In this document: in pieces, positions 41,069-54,299 of the stretch
Layout: each line of letters starts with the position of its first letter
How positions within the stretch are numbered: the first letter of the stretch is position 1
DNA from: Utricularia gibba
Taxonomy: Eukaryota > Plantae > Magnoliophyta
DNA length: 64,000 nucleotides
Reading direction: 5' to 3'
Assembly: GCA_002189035.1 (NCBI GenBank)
Contig: NEEC01000021.1
Span: 806,001 to 870,000, forward strand
Notes under the pieces: generated by a model
Databases searched by the model: none
Seen by the model: only the letters and a program-made list of their open reading frames with translations
What the model was told of the DNA's origin: nothing
Made by a program: the position numbers and the translations under genes

Positions 41069-41774
41069 TTTGCTTCGCTAGCTCTGTGAGTTTTGCCATT
41101 CGCCATCTTTAGGGGCAGGGTTTTAGACCAGGCCTTAACCGGGTCAGATTAAAGCGACCCGTTTCACAGAGCCTTGTGGTCTGGTCCGATCCAAAACTAC
41201 CCAGCCAGCCCATTCGAGTTTTTTTACTATTTGCAGATCGCCGGTGTAAGCTTGCCCGCTCATTTAAGCAAAAATTTCTTCCCTTGATGATGTTTTTACC
41301 ATTTGAAGAAGCAACTAGCTTTTTTCTTAGCTTGCTATTCTGCGGGAGCACCTCAATTTTCGACCTTGCCACCAAGGAGACGTTGAAGATGAACAAGGGA
41401 TGGCAGAGACACCACAGAATTGTGAGAACTGAGGAGGGAATGCGGAGCTGTTGTCTGTTTTAAAATGGAAAGCGTTGGAAATCCTAAAGCACAACAAAGG
41501 GAAGCATGGCTACACGATGGTGCTCAATAGGATATGGCCGCCCCTCTGTGCAGGTAGGAGTGTGTGGTGATGGAAGATTAACTGAACAAAAGTGAAAATC
41601 TTATGACTATTGGGATGATAAGTTAAAGCCAAAAGAATCATCCAGTGGGTTCAATTGAATTTGATGAAAACAAACAATTGCACACACAAACAATGATAAA
41701 AGTGATACAGAGCATAGAGGCCTTGATCAAAAGAGTGGCTCACAGGCTCAAAAGCAGGTGTATACTCATTCATG

Positions 41775-44255
41775 TCATCGCCCTTCTGACTTCACTAGTT
41801 GGGAGAAGACCCGGCTCATAGAAACGCCGGAAAGATCATCAACACTCGAGGTTTCGAACCGTTCAACAGAGGCACTTGTGCCAGGGTGGTTGAACTCACT
41901 CACTTGAGGTGAAAGTTCACCGATCACATTTGTGCTGTTTTCCTCAGGATCATTGAGGATCACAGCCTCTTGAAGCTGGAGGGCATACTCAAGGTTCCAT
42001 AGGACATCTCCCATGGAGGGCCGATCTACACCGAACTCAGATAAACACTTCTCTGCTGTTTCTCCAAACTTTCTGAGTGAATCTGGTTTTATTTTTCCAA
42101 CAAGGCTTGAGTCTATGATTTGATCTATCTGGCCCTTCTTGTGCCATTTCATTGCCCATTCGGCTAAGTTAACCATTTCTCGGGGAAGCGTTGGATCAAT
42201 CACAGGCCTTGCACAAAGAACCTCAAACAGCACAACCCCAAATGAGTAAACGTCTGATTTTTCTGTCAACTGCTGCCTTCTGAAGTATTCAGGATCTAGA
42301 TATCCAAAGCTCCCCTTTACTGCTGTACTCACATGGGTTTGATCAATCTCAGGCCCTGTTTTAGAGAGCCCGAAATCAGCAACCTTTGCCATGAGATTCT
42401 CATCAAGCAATATGTTTGCTGACTTTACATCACGGTGAATGACTGCTTTTGCATAGCCAGTGTGAAGATAATGCAGCCCTCTTGCTGCACCAATGCATAT
42501 CTCCAGTCTCTCCTTCCAGCTAAGGCTCGGGAGATTCGAGCCATATAGATGGCTTTTCAAGGTTCCCTTTTCCATGTATTCATAAACAAGGATCATTTCA
42601 TTCCTCTCATCACAGTAACCTATCAAGGAAACCAGATGGCGATGGCGGAACTGAGACAGCATCTCAATTTCAGTTCTGAACTCTGCTAGGCCTTGTTGAG
42701 ACCTGGGATTGCCTCTCTTGATCGCTACTGTTGTACCATCACTAAGAGTCCCCTGGTACACCTTCCCGAATCCACCAGCTCCTATCACCAAACTTTCATC
42801 GAAGTTGTTGGTTGCTTCCTGCATTGCTACAAAGGGTATGCGGTAGCTCAAGTTGGATCCAACACTAAGAGTCGTCCCAGTTGAATATCTACTCCCCAAA
42901 GTGTGAGAAGTTCCACCATTAACTGATATGGGAATCCAAGCCTTCGAATCTCGAAGCCGTTCTTGTTTCCTTTTTCTGTGTAGAAGAAACAGAAGTCCCA
43001 CAGTAACAAAAACAAGTAGAACCCCAATACAAATACCAGTGATCATTCCAACGTTCCGCCTTGATCGGAATGCTGGTAATGTCGATACTCCAGCAAGGCT
43101 ATTCTCAGAGTTGTTCATTTTCATGATCTCTAAACCATTCAGAAGGGCATCAGGGTAGGAGCTCTGTGGAGATGGACCAATGGTGACCCTAAGTGTATCT
43201 CTGTTGACTGTTGGGGTGACGACATCCATGAAGAAGGCAGAGGCCACCTGTCCAGGAGTTCTAGTACTTGGTTCCAGGTCTGGAGCAACAAGAACTGAAT
43301 CAATATAAACATCAAACACGAGCTGATTAGCAGAGGTGCTTATAATATCACAAAAATGCATCCGGATCAAGTACTGAAACCCAGGATCCAACTGAAACTG
43401 CCAAGTGACATTGAAGTTGCTGCTAGGATCAGAAGCAGAATTCATTTCTGTGCAAGTCCCATAAACTGTAGGAGGAGCATTATCTGTTGTTGCACCACCC
43501 ATAGGGTACTGAACTGCTGCTATATTGGATCTATTGGTTGCAAGGTTAGGCTGCAACAAGAAACCGCTATCTGAAATCCATGTTCTTCCCAACGAATCAT
43601 TCAAGAATGACACAAATGGTCCACCCATATTCAGCCTATACACAGTCTCCAGAGTTAAAGATGCAACTCTGTCGAATTGCCCAGATGGGTTATAAAGGGA
43701 AGCGCCAGGAACGATCAGATTATCAGGAACTGAGACAACCTCAATGGCATTGGCATAAGCAAAGGAATTACTAGAAGGTGAAAATGTGATCACCAGATCT
43801 CCAGTTGTTATATTCATACTGTATTCCCTCAAAGTAGCAGTCTGTGGACTAAAATTACTAAGCAGTGTAGTCCTCTGAGCAAAAACTGAGAAACTAGCAG
43901 AACTCATATTATAATTCTGATACACAAAGGGGAAGAAATGCAATCGGATCCAGTGCCTTCCAGCCTGATTAATCGGGAAGGTATACCTTGAAGGCCCATT
44001 AAATACTCTTGCTGTAGTTAAAACTGGCGCATATGCAGATGATTCTACAGAATTCAAGTTGGCATTCGCAAGAATCCCTTGGGGTGTTGTTACAGATACT
44101 GAAGACGAAGTATCAGCAACAAAAGTGATATTACCCAAAACAACATTGGTTGATGATCCACAATCTATGTAGTAATGATCAGATCCAATGGAACAGCAAG
44201 CTAGATCCAATAGCAGCAGAACCCAGAAACAATATCTTAGATTCGAACACCCCAT
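41775..44255 (-). CDS. HERK1: CrRLK1L receptor-like kinase, HERK1 type (826 aa, intronless)
   Basis: Signal peptide, malectin-like ectodomain (YYIDCGS, RHWIRLHFFPF), transmembrane segment, kinase domain (GAGGFGKVY, HRDVKSANILLD, DFGLSK) and the C-terminus SMSRVFSQLVKSEGR. Confidence 0.92.
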   Translation of the reverse strand: MGCSNLRYCFWVLLLLDLACCSIGSDHYYIDCGSSTNVVLGNITFVADTSSSVSVTTPQGILANANLNSVESSAYAPVLTTARVFNGPSRYTFPINQAGRHWIRLHFFPFVYQNYNMSSASFSVFAQRTTLLSNFSPQTATLREYSMNITTGDLVITFSPSSNSFAYANAIEVVSVPDNLIVPGASLYNPSGQFDRVASLTLETVYRLNMGGPFVSFLNDSLGRTWISDSGFLLQPNLATNRSNIAAVQYPMGGATTDNAPPTVYGTCTEMNSASDPSSNFNVTWQFQLDPGFQYLIRMHFCDIISTSANQLVFDVYIDSVLVAPDLEPSTRTPGQVASAFFMDVVTPTVNRDTLRVTIGPSPQSSYPDALLNGLEIMKMNNSENSLAGVSTLPAFRSRRNVGMITGICIGVLLVFVTVGLLFLLHRKRKQERLRDSKAWIPISVNGGTSHTLGSRYSTGTTLSVGSNLSYRIPFVAMQEATNNFDESLVIGAGGFGKVYQGTLSDGTTVAIKRGNPRSQQGLAEFRTEIEMLSQFRHRHLVSLIGYCDERNEMILVYEYMEKGTLKSHLYGSNLPSLSWKERLEICIGAARGLHYLHTGYAKAVIHRDVKSANILLDENLMAKVADFGLSKTGPEIDQTHVSTAVKGSFGYLDPEYFRRQQLTEKSDVYSFGVVLFEVLCARPVIDPTLPREMVNLAEWAMKWHKKGQIDQIIDSSLVGKIKPDSLRKFGETAEKCLSEFGVDRPSMGDVLWNLEYALQLQEAVILNDPEENSTNVIGELSPQVSEFNHPGTSASVERFETSSVDDLSGVSMSRVFSQLVKSEGR

Positions 44256-45908
44256 AATCAGAAACCCGCACGGGTTCACGCTTTGAAGAAACAAAACCCC
44301 CCAGATTCAGGCAACAGAACCAGAAATAGCGACTGACATAATAAACAAAGGCAAGTGCAAGCAGGAAAACGAAGAGAAACGACAAAACCCAGATGAAAAT
44401 GCCGAACCCACAAACATTCCCAAGAAAAAACCCATCCAGACAGAGCGTTTGCAGTTCACACAAAATGCGCGATTCATCCAGTCACCATGGCCATCCCTTC
44501 AGTGGTGTATACAGGTATGAACAAAAAGGGTATACCCAAAAGTAATGAAAATAAATCCACACGACACGGCTCGCTGTCTAAGAGGTTAGGGTGATCCCTT
44601 GCAAAGGTAGAGTGGGATAGCCTTTACACCCCAACAACAATGGTGGGTCAGGGGCTCAGATAGACCACCGGCTGTGGTAAGAAAGAGTAAAATAGGAAAC
44701 CGTTCACACTTTTATTGAGCTTCGACTCAGTCAATGGCAACGGCAGTTTTGTATTTCCCGGTCAGCTGAGAACAAGCTGTCCGACCAGAATTTGTAATAA
44801 CCCACCCCCACCAGGAATTTGCCTTGATGGGACTTTCTAAGAAATGTTTCTTAAACCAACAGCTCTGTCCCCAAGAAGATGAAGAAGTGGTCTACTTGGC
44901 CGTAGCATTTCCAGGGTGTGTTCCACATCACTTCGAACAGCATTTTAACCAGTAAAAAATCTACCCGTTTATTATTCTATGAGTCTTCTGAGTGAGCGTT
45001 TGATCTGCAATTCGAGTTGAACCGATCAATGCATAACATTATTTTTAAATATAGTGATAGAATATCAATTGTATTAAACCTAACCAATTATGTTTTAAAT
45101 ATCGATTAATCGATTTTGAGTCATGGGATTACTCTGATGATTTTAAAACATAATTTATATGAAATTTTAAATCTTAAACTCTAAACTTTACTAGTTGTGA
45201 TGGCAATTGCTCTCGTGTTTTTTAGTGGATTCATGATTTGCACCAACTTAGTGATTCAAGTTTAGATATATACGAAATTCAAAAGAAAATAAATAGAAAA
45301 TCGAGATTTTGTAGTCGAAATTTAGAAGGAAACTTAATAAATTCCAAAAAACTAATTTTTTTTTTGTAGATTTTGATGCAAATCAAAATGAAATCGATAT
45401 TGGTGCAGATTTTGTAGCGAATTATTTTTTATCATCTATTCTTCAATCAATTTAAGGTTAGTCATTTGAAATAATATGCGTTCAATCAAAATTTAGATTA
45501 ACTGCTATTTTTTATATTTTTATTATAGATTTTAATTTAGTATTGAGTCGCTTAATTAATAAGTAATTTAAATACTTTTTTAAAAAAAAATTAATAAAAA
45601 AATATTTTGTAGTAGTAAAAATTTTATCCATTTCTAAAATCTAAATTATTAGCGATAATTTAATTAATAATATATTTAAATTATTAACATATAAACAAAT
45701 ACATTTATATTTAATAATATATATTTAGAAGAAATAGCTTGAAATAATTAGGGGTAAAAATCACTTATAATATTTAAATCCATAAATTTTATTAAATAAT
45801 CCTAGGTTTCATCCAGCGCATATGCATCAATATTCCGGGAGCTGGGGGCCCACCATCAACGCCACGTGGGACCCACAATTGATAATGATTAATAAAAAAA
45901 TTCAGAGC

Positions 45909-47351
45909 CTATGCAGATACAGTGTCCAAGTTTACTAGGTTCTTCTCCCACTTCAAATGCAAGGAGAATGGCATCAGCACATGGCCTAAAACATGTAAAC
46001 TGGAATGACCCTCATCGTCCCTGCATGCCATCTGCACCAGGGCCTCCCAGCAACTCCATTCCAAGCTCATTTTCCTCCTGTTCATCTCCTCCAACATAAC
46101 CCCTGCCTCCTCCAGCTTCCCATTCTTGACCAGCCCCATCACAAGACGCCGGAACGTTTCGATCCGGGGGAATGCTCTGCTTAAGAGCATGGCATTCACA
46201 ACTCTCAGAGCTCCCATGTAATCTTCCTCCCTGCACAAGCCATCCGCCACGGTGCGGAATGTGGTTGCGTTTGGCTCGCATCCCTTGAGTTGCATGTCTA
46301 CTAGCATTTTGTATCCCTCTGAAGCTTTCCCGTCTGTTCTGCAGAAGTAGTCTATCAGGATGTTGTATATGACAACGTCTGGTTTGATGCTCCTCCTTTT
46401 CATCTCAAGGAGGAGATCTTTGGCTTCGCTGATTGAGCCTTTTTTGGTGAGGGCTGTCATTAGCACTCCATAGTTCACGAGCTCTGCTTTGCAGCCATGG
46501 TATTCCATGTCGAACATCAGTTTCCTGGCTTCTGTGAACTTCCCTGAAGCGCATAAGGCTTCCATCAGCAAGGCGTAGCTTACTGCATTGCCGCACTTCC
46601 CCTTCTTCCTCAGATCATGCAACACCTTGTTCGCCTGCTCTATGTCGCCCCTTGTGCAGTAAAACGCTATCAGACAATTGTATGTTACCACAGTAGGCTG
46701 AATGTTTCTCTCGAGCATTTCATCGAACATCTTCATGGCGTTCTGCAACTCGCCCTTCTGCAACCACATTTTCATCATGACGTTGTATGACACCGAGTTC
46801 GGTCTGAATCCCAACGTCGGAGCTTTTTCAAACAGCTCTGCAGCATCGGCAGCGCGCCCTCCGTCAACCAACATATTCAAAATCGTGTTGAAGGAGTGAC
46901 GCGTGCGGACGCAGTTCCACGATCTTCCCATCTCGAGAAAAACTTCCATGGCCTTGTCGATCATATCTGCCTTTCCATAGTGACGAATCAGTCCGATAAA
47001 CAGAGCTTCTTTGCATCTAATGTCGTGAGTTTTGAGGAAATCCAGGACGGCTTCCACTTCATCGAATCTCCGGGCGCGAGCAAGCTTGTACACCAAAGAA
47101 GCGAAGCATGGGTACTGATGCTTGTAGCCCATTTCATTGAAATCCCGGAAGAGAGCAAGATATTCATCGGGATTTCGGCACTGTTTCAGTTGGTCAATGA
47201 AGGGGATAGGAACCCGGATGTGCTTGACACGCGCCGTCGACTTGCAACGATGCTGGAGACAACTATTTGAGGTGATTCTGAATCCGCCGCTGCAAATATT
47301 TCTCACCATAAGCTTCTTGCAGAGACCAGGAATGGATCTGAAAACCGCCAT
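45909..47351 (-). CDS. P-class pentatricopeptide repeat protein, probably mitochondrial (480 aa, intronless)
   Basis: Tandem 35-aa PPR motifs (PNSVSYNVMMKMW, PTVVTYNCLIAFYC, PDVVIYNILIDYFC) after a basic presequence. Confidence 0.92.
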   Translation of the reverse strand: MAVFRSIPGLCKKLMVRNICSGGFRITSNSCLQHRCKSTARVKHIRVPIPFIDQLKQCRNPDEYLALFRDFNEMGYKHQYPCFASLVYKLARARRFDEVEAVLDFLKTHDIRCKEALFIGLIRHYGKADMIDKAMEVFLEMGRSWNCVRTRHSFNTILNMLVDGGRAADAAELFEKAPTLGFRPNSVSYNVMMKMWLQKGELQNAMKMFDEMLERNIQPTVVTYNCLIAFYCTRGDIEQANKVLHDLRKKGKCGNAVSYALLMEALCASGKFTEARKLMFDMEYHGCKAELVNYGVLMTALTKKGSISEAKDLLLEMKRRSIKPDVVIYNILIDYFCRTDGKASEGYKMLVDMQLKGCEPNATTFRTVADGLCREEDYMGALRVVNAMLLSRAFPRIETFRRLVMGLVKNGKLEEAGVMLEEMNRRKMSLEWSCWEALVQMACRDDEGHSSLHVLGHVLMPFSLHLKWEKNLVNLDTVSA

Positions 47352-48085
47352 GGAAAGAGACGGAGAAGAACGCGAGTACCATTTCCAGCCCTAATCATTC
47401 AAAGTTCTCATCTTTCAACAGCAAACACTTCCACCCATTCACCGGAACCCTAAATCCGATCACTTTTTCCTGAAGTGTGTACATAAATCAAGAACAGGGG
47501 ATTCTACCTTAAGAAGCGCGAGGGATCCCAATGAAGCTTTTGCACAGAATTCCGATCAACAGCAAGTAGATGCATACCAGATTCAGCTTCCTGCAAGAAA
47601 ATGGGATTTGCAGAATGTGCAGCAGGGAACTGAATAGATCAGAAGCCCATCTCATCGATCATACTCCTTGAGAAGTAGTCCGCTGTAATCACTAAGAGCA
47701 TGAAACAGGGAAATGATCTACGGGCATGATGGTTGAAGAAAAGGGTAGTCGATGATGACAAACAAAGAAGACGATGGGAATGAATCGGGAACTCCGACGA
47801 CAATGGATACGATCATATCGGCAAGAAGCCAGTACAATTCCTAAACCCCAATGCACAATACATTGCAGGCACTTGAAACAACATGAATGAATGAATGAAA
47901 CTGGAACGAGGTCTGAAGGCGGGTGTACGTGAACTCAAACTTCTCTGTTAGTCTTCTCTCTGAGAAGAAGATGTTACTGCTTCCACTCATTGCTCCCCGA
48001 CTGTACATTCACCTGATCTAAACCACACGATTTTCTGATTTGCAGAGCATGTAGATGAAGAAGATACACAGATGGCTGGTTGGCC

Positions 48086-51000
48086 TCATGCTCGTATGAG
48101 GCGTTTGTCGCATGATAAGATCCTGTAGTTCGCGTGAGGCCCTTCAGATGTGTCCCTCAAAGAGACATGCCATCCAAGGGCGACACCGATCTCTTGAAGC
48201 TCATCCATTAAGGCGAGCGAGTCACGGATGTATACACGGCCACCCGGTCGCAGGATTCTGTCCATTTCAAGCATGATGCTGGACATATTGCACCTAAGCC
48301 AGAAAAAGGGTATGCATAAATGTCTACAGAAAGCTCATATGCACCACTGCAACGATGACAGAAAAGTTAATCACCGAGCTGATGTCTTTCTCTGCTTAAA
48401 AACATGCTGTATTTCTGGTGATTGAAAGTGAAATAATCTATTGATCGGCGACATAAACAGGACACAAGCAAAAGAGACATTGAAAAGCACAAGCAATGCC
48501 TCCTTTTTTTTTTCCTTCTAAGATTCTAACGCTCCTAATAGTCAATTGGCAAACAGGTAAACATGCCAGATGAATAGTGAGTTAAATGAAGAGGCAAGAC
48601 GATACCGTTTATGCTCAATGGAGAAAAGTCCAGCAGCATGAATCAGGTCATAGGTTCTTGGGTATGTGTCAAATGGTTCACACCTGAAACTCATTGATGC
48701 AGTAACCAGAAACCAACCATTCATTGAGCAAACCAGGAATAAAATTACGTAAGGGAAGCCATGTTACAATTCATACCAGTCGTGCATAACTCCAATGAGA
48801 CCACGATCATAAATAACAGGCAATGTATTGGTTCCACTAACGGGGACAACATTCATCACCCAGCAATTCAGCTTGTTTTCGATAAGAGCTGATGCAAATC
48901 TGCCAGAGAATGATAAGAACCATAAGAAATATGAATAAGTTCAACTGTCTAGGCTCTTAAAAAAAGGCACAGTAGATAAAAGGCAGGAGGTAATGTACCC
49001 CCCAAATCCAGCTTTCATGTCCAATACATTTCTCATCTTATATTGGCCCCAGTGAAGTGCACGTACATAGCCCTCAATTATTTCCTTCCAGTATTTAGAT
49101 TCTGCCTTGAATAGTTCTTTCCTTGACATATATGCATCAAACTGTATGCTCTGTAGCCTATCTGGAGGATTTTGCAACCGTTCTGGCCAGGGACTAACAT
49201 TAGAGCCATATCCATTCTCCTGCAGACGGCTTATGCATGCTTTGAGATCAACATACCTAACAAAATTCAAACAAAGGAGAACATGGAAATGAAATTCAGT
49301 ACTTAGGAACTATTCTCTTGAATCTGACAACACAGGTTATGATTAAAATAGCTGCGTACCAAACATTATCAGGATCATCATCAGGCTCACAGAGGGGCGG
49401 ATGAGTTCCTTCAGCACGACTAAGATAGCAGCTATTATTCGATGGCTTTTGCCATATGGCTATGTAACCATCTTTCTTCACGAGGGTCCAACACATTCGA
49501 CTAGTGAGATTAACCATTTCTGCAGTAGATGAGTGCATGCATTAAATATATATCTCTCGATTACAGCAGTATGAAAATTGCATTCTCATGCAGCCACCCA
49601 GAAGTATTTCCAAAAAAAAAAGGTGGAGACCAGGCAGAAGAAATAATGAGTCTCTTCAATACTAGAAATGCATTTCACAAATTGAATGAGGCTTTGAGAA
49701 TAAAATCATCTCAAGGGCTACCTTCCCATTGTTGTTCAAGTGCTGGTTCATGCTTATAAACTGGCTGTGCAGCCCAAGCAAAATACCCTCCTGCCCTAAG
49801 CATCCTGTTGACTTCAAGTAGCAAAATCCCATCTAACGAACAGGAGGAGAGAAAAAAGTGCCTGTATTAGTTTAAATGGGATACATATAACATAAAGTCC
49901 AGGCGGACACTGAATTCGTTCTGAGCAATGGAAGCCATGAACGATAAAATTCTCAGGATTTGGTTTGAAGTTTCATTTTTAAAAAAGAAGACAAATTTCA
50001 ATGACAGAAATTCACAATGGCCTTTAAGCTATGCAAAAATAAGGCTGCTGAAAAAAAAAAATCAACAAAGAAGCTTGCAAGATCTAGTTCCTTATGATAC
50101 TCCACATAAAGCAACAAAATTTCAACTAAACTAACAGGTGCTCTTACATTAACATAGGCAGCAGACAAGCTTTCAAGTAATAGAATTACATACAATATAA
50201 CCATACCATCTCTGGTCCAATTGATTCTACATCTTGAGCAGTGAATAAGATCAAATGCTTGACTAGGGTAAAGTAATCGCCGTGAAACAAATGCTGCAAC
50301 CATTGCAGGAACACCACGTTCAAGGGCAAACTGGATCTGGTTCTCATGAACATCTTTTGGCGCCACAGAGAGTGTAAGGACATTGCGTGATAACAAATAA
50401 GCACCAAAACTAGCTACACCACACCCGACATCCAACACAACTCGAGTATGGCGACCAAATGCAATTTCTGGCACCATCTGAAGAACACGGGTAAAAGCAT
50501 AAATTTCCGAAGGAAACATGGATTTTGGAGAAAGTACTATAGCTCCTATGGAAACTAAGAACAAAACAATACTTTTTCAATTTGATCCAGGTACTCAACA
50601 GCCCCATGTATGAACTGTGTCCCTCCTCCAGGAAACCTGAACTTATCTTTACTAATAGTGATCCAATTTTGACCACCTTTATCCTCAACCAAACGGGCGT
50701 GAGGAACATTGCTAAACCAAACCTGCCAATGACAAAAAAATTAATCAAAATGGTCGACAACTATCAACAAGCTTAAATCACATTCGAACACCTCGAAACT
50801 GATGATAAATGTGCCATCTACATATAATTGTAATGAATAAATGAAGAGATCGAAAAATGATCAAGATGCCATTGTGACTGCACCTCATCGCGGCTTCTCG
50901 GCCATGGTATAGGTGTTCTGTAACCCTTAGGGGGAGGAACCAAACAATTCAGGCCTTTTCCTTCTTCGGGACAATGCCTCTCAAATTTTTCCCCTTTTTC

Positions 51001-51582
51001 AGTATCATGCAGCTTCTTGATCGCCTCGATATTGTCCAAACATGGTATATACTCTCTCATACTCTCAGGACACAGCGGAAGCTTCTTGATCTTAATCCTC
51101 ACATTCTCCCCCTTTCCATCAATTCCTGCATCCTCGCTCTCATTCGTTTTCGACCAACTTTCCACCAGCTCTGGGTCGTAATCACCAACCTGGAAATCAT
51201 CCGTCATCCTTCCATCCTCATCAACCACACCCATTCTTTCCAAAGACGGTGGCGGTGATGGTGGTGGCGGAGGAAGAGCAGCAACTTCTTTTGCCTCATT
51301 CCGAGTATTCACTATCGCGGGGGGCGGCGCAGTAGCGTTTATAAGGCGAGTGATATCAAATGTCTTGTTCAGATTCGGGGACAGACCGACAAAAGCAGAG
51401 TTTTTGGGCTGTGGGTTCTGTTGCGATGCGTAGAAAAGGAGCTGCTGTGATGATCCATCAGAAAAACGTTTCCCTAAATAGAAGAAAACCAGTGAGATGA
51501 GCAGAAACCCCGCGACTTTAGCGAGCGTGGTGGATCTGCAACGACCCGTGGGCAATCCGGCGCCCCCATTCGCCTTCAGCAT
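48086..51582 (-). CDS. Probable pectin/SAM-dependent methyltransferase, PMT10/11/12 clade (multi-exon)
   Basis: Type II membrane anchor, EYIPCLDN...ERHCP...[56 protein letters not shown] and [12 protein letters not shown]. Confidence 0.92.
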
Positions 51583-52429
51583 TCCGCCAATTCTCCCCGA
51601 TCCCGATCACCTACACCTCCACTCGAAGATGAAAGGCGGAACCTTTAACCAGAGAATCCTCACCGCGCGAAGGCGGTCACAGTGCAGCACGACGGAAGAG
51701 TGAGAACTCTAACCTGAAATTATAAACAAAATTCGCGTATCCATCCATGTTTCCTCTATACGACGCCGTTTAAATATACTAATTTCCTCATTAAGTACTC
51801 TTTTTTAATTGGATCTTCATTAATTAACTACTTCCAGAAACGGCGTCGAGTAGCCTGGGACACGTCTCCTTTTACTATAATTACTTTTAATTTGCAATCA
51901 AAATGGAACAATATCAGCGTAGCAAGCAGCAAGCAGCAAGCAGCAAGCAAGGAATACATTCAGCGGCGCTTCCCTGCTGCTCACCAGAAGCCTGTTCATG
52001 TCTCCCCCTCCTTGATCCATAAAGAAGCTACAAACAACTACAAACACAAAGGCCGACTCCGTCGTCTTGAATTGAAGAAATCCGAAACAAGAACTGAGCT
52101 CACTTAACTTGTAAAATGGCTGAAAACCGGTCTTTAGAGCTAAAACCTGGACTGGATGGATCTGTCTCTGCATGCCCCAAGCAGTTCACGAGTTTGAAGA
52201 GACCGGGTTAGATGCATTGCCTGCACCCTTGTGAGTCAGTTCACTAACACAACCCTCTTGATATCCGTAACTAGCTACTCTTTGAGTCTGCGCAGGCACT
52301 GTGCCAGTTTGGTTGACACAGGAGAGCAATAGAAGTGGAGAAATGCAGAGAAAACACTCGCCCCAGAACGGTATGCATTCTGAAAAGCATGTAGCAAAAC
52401 CATGAAACAAGAGAGCAGTGCATGCAGAG

Positions 52430-54110
52430 AAAGCATGCTGCCTTTTTAGTTTCAAAGAGACTACTGCAAACACAATACAGGGATGGATGGCTACCAAGAG
52501 CAAGATAATGTAGGTGTAGAAAAACCGTCAACACTATGAATGCTGGAATTGGCGAAATACGAGATGACAATTTCAATCCTCCTAGATATGTTAAAGTCTC
52601 ACTCCTACTTAATCCAGGCATGGGGCAGGCTGCTACTTGCATGGGAAGAGTTAAAAACCGTGTATTCTAATCTACTCTAAAGCAATCCCAGTCTAAGAAC
52701 TCAGCCCCACCCTAAAACCAACAGTCATGGACACAACATAATGCCTTCTGATTTCAAATAGAATACTGAAAGCACAAAACAGGGATTGCTACCAGACACA
52801 AGATATGACCTAGTAGCATCAGAGTAGAAGATGCCTACCCAAATCATCAAAATACAAGACAACAAATTACACCCTCTTAGATAAGACAAGTTCTCCCTCC
52901 TCCTTAACCCAGGCTTGGGACTGGCTGTGCTGTTTAGCACAGGCGGAGTTAAAAACTTTGTATTCTAATCTACACTACAACAATCCTAGCTGATTACTTA
53001 ACCCCACTCACAACAAGTAACTTATCCTACAAGGAGCCGTACACCATAATAGCTTACACAATAAATTACCTAAATGGGTAGGCAAGCCAGCGTTGCGATA
53101 GATGATAGAGGATGGCTGCCAAGCCTTGCAGACATTATCGATCACGAGAGTGATACCTGCTGCGATGAAAATCCCCCTTTTTTTATAAATAGCGATCGGA
53201 TTCGATCGCGGGGAAGGCTGGCAATATTTGTTTTTTTTTAGACTATTTTTTTCTGGCTCTTTTTTTTCTGGAGTCTTTTTTTCTTTTGTTGGGCCTCTTT
53301 GTCCTTTTGTTGGGCTCTTTTTTTCTTTTTTGGCCTCTTTTTTTATTTTGTTGGGCCTCTTTTTTCTTTTTTTGGGCTTTTTTTCTTTTTTTTCTTTTTT
53401 TAGCCTCTTTTTTTGGCCTATTTTTTTTTTCCTTTTTTTTGGCCTCTTTTTTGATGAATGGAGGAGCGTGGTAATCGCAACGACGATGGCGCCTTTCCTG
53501 GAGATGGAACCAAGAGGAAGAAGAATAATTAGACCGGGAAATTGATGAATCATTTGCAAAAACAAGCAACACATTTTGAATTCATTCCAGAAGTATGAAA
53601 AAGAAATCGAATCCTAGACATCGAAAACTGCAAAACTCAAATCATTCAAGCTATTTCAGAAATAAAGCAAGAGAAACTAGAAGATTGATTAATCTGTTCG
53701 ATTTTCAAAACATTGACGACAACAAAAAACGTCACGAAACAGAAATCCAACACAAGAATTGGGACAAACAAAAGATAAAACATCAAGAAATAAAACCACA
53801 CACCGAAAGGCGTAGGGGAAACATAACACAAAAACAAAACGAAGAAAGGAAAAAAAACGAGAACGAACCAAAATCAAATGAATACAAGAACGAAATGAAC
53901 TACACGATTATCGAAAGGAAAGAACAGCATTGAAAAGAAAAGAAATCATAACGGAGAGACGAAACCAACCTGATCGCTATCCCGATACCCTTTCTCAAGA
54001 AAAAAACTCTACAGATCCTACAAAAGCAAAATGCCCTAGACTAAAATTCTCTAAACCTACATTCACAAACTGAGAAACGCTGCGCATATTCGGCTCTATA
54101 TATAGTTTTC
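52430..54110 (-). ncRNA. Candidate spliced, structured long non-coding RNA, copy A (TATA 54097-54104; structured exon 53497-53070)
   Basis: Paralogous to 58850-60240 (+). Conserved 3' splice site and 5' donor, nested stems, and no conserved reading frame. Function and expression are inferred. Confidence 0.5.
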
Positions 54111-54299
54111 AAGGCAAGAGAAATCCCAAATTTTGGAAACAAGCCCATATTTCGCAATTAAGAAAAGAATTAGGGTGTGGGCTGGGTCAGTTAGAGGATG
54201 CGGTATGGGTCCATTATTGATTTAATTTGGGTCAGAATTAGAATATGGGCTGATCCAGAAAACGGTTGCGGGCTGGGCCATAATGATTGAGTTGGGTTG

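Noticed and set aside
47400-47900. Possible small gene or 5' UTR exons between PMT and the PPR gene
   Set aside because: No convincing ORF, and the only candidate intron would be about 38 nt, which is implausibly short.
52770-52850. C/D snoRNA (TGATGA ... CTGA) within lncRNA copy A
   Set aside because: The boxes are only about 20 nt apart and the CTGA is GTGA in copy B; an H/ACA model also fails because ACA is not conserved.
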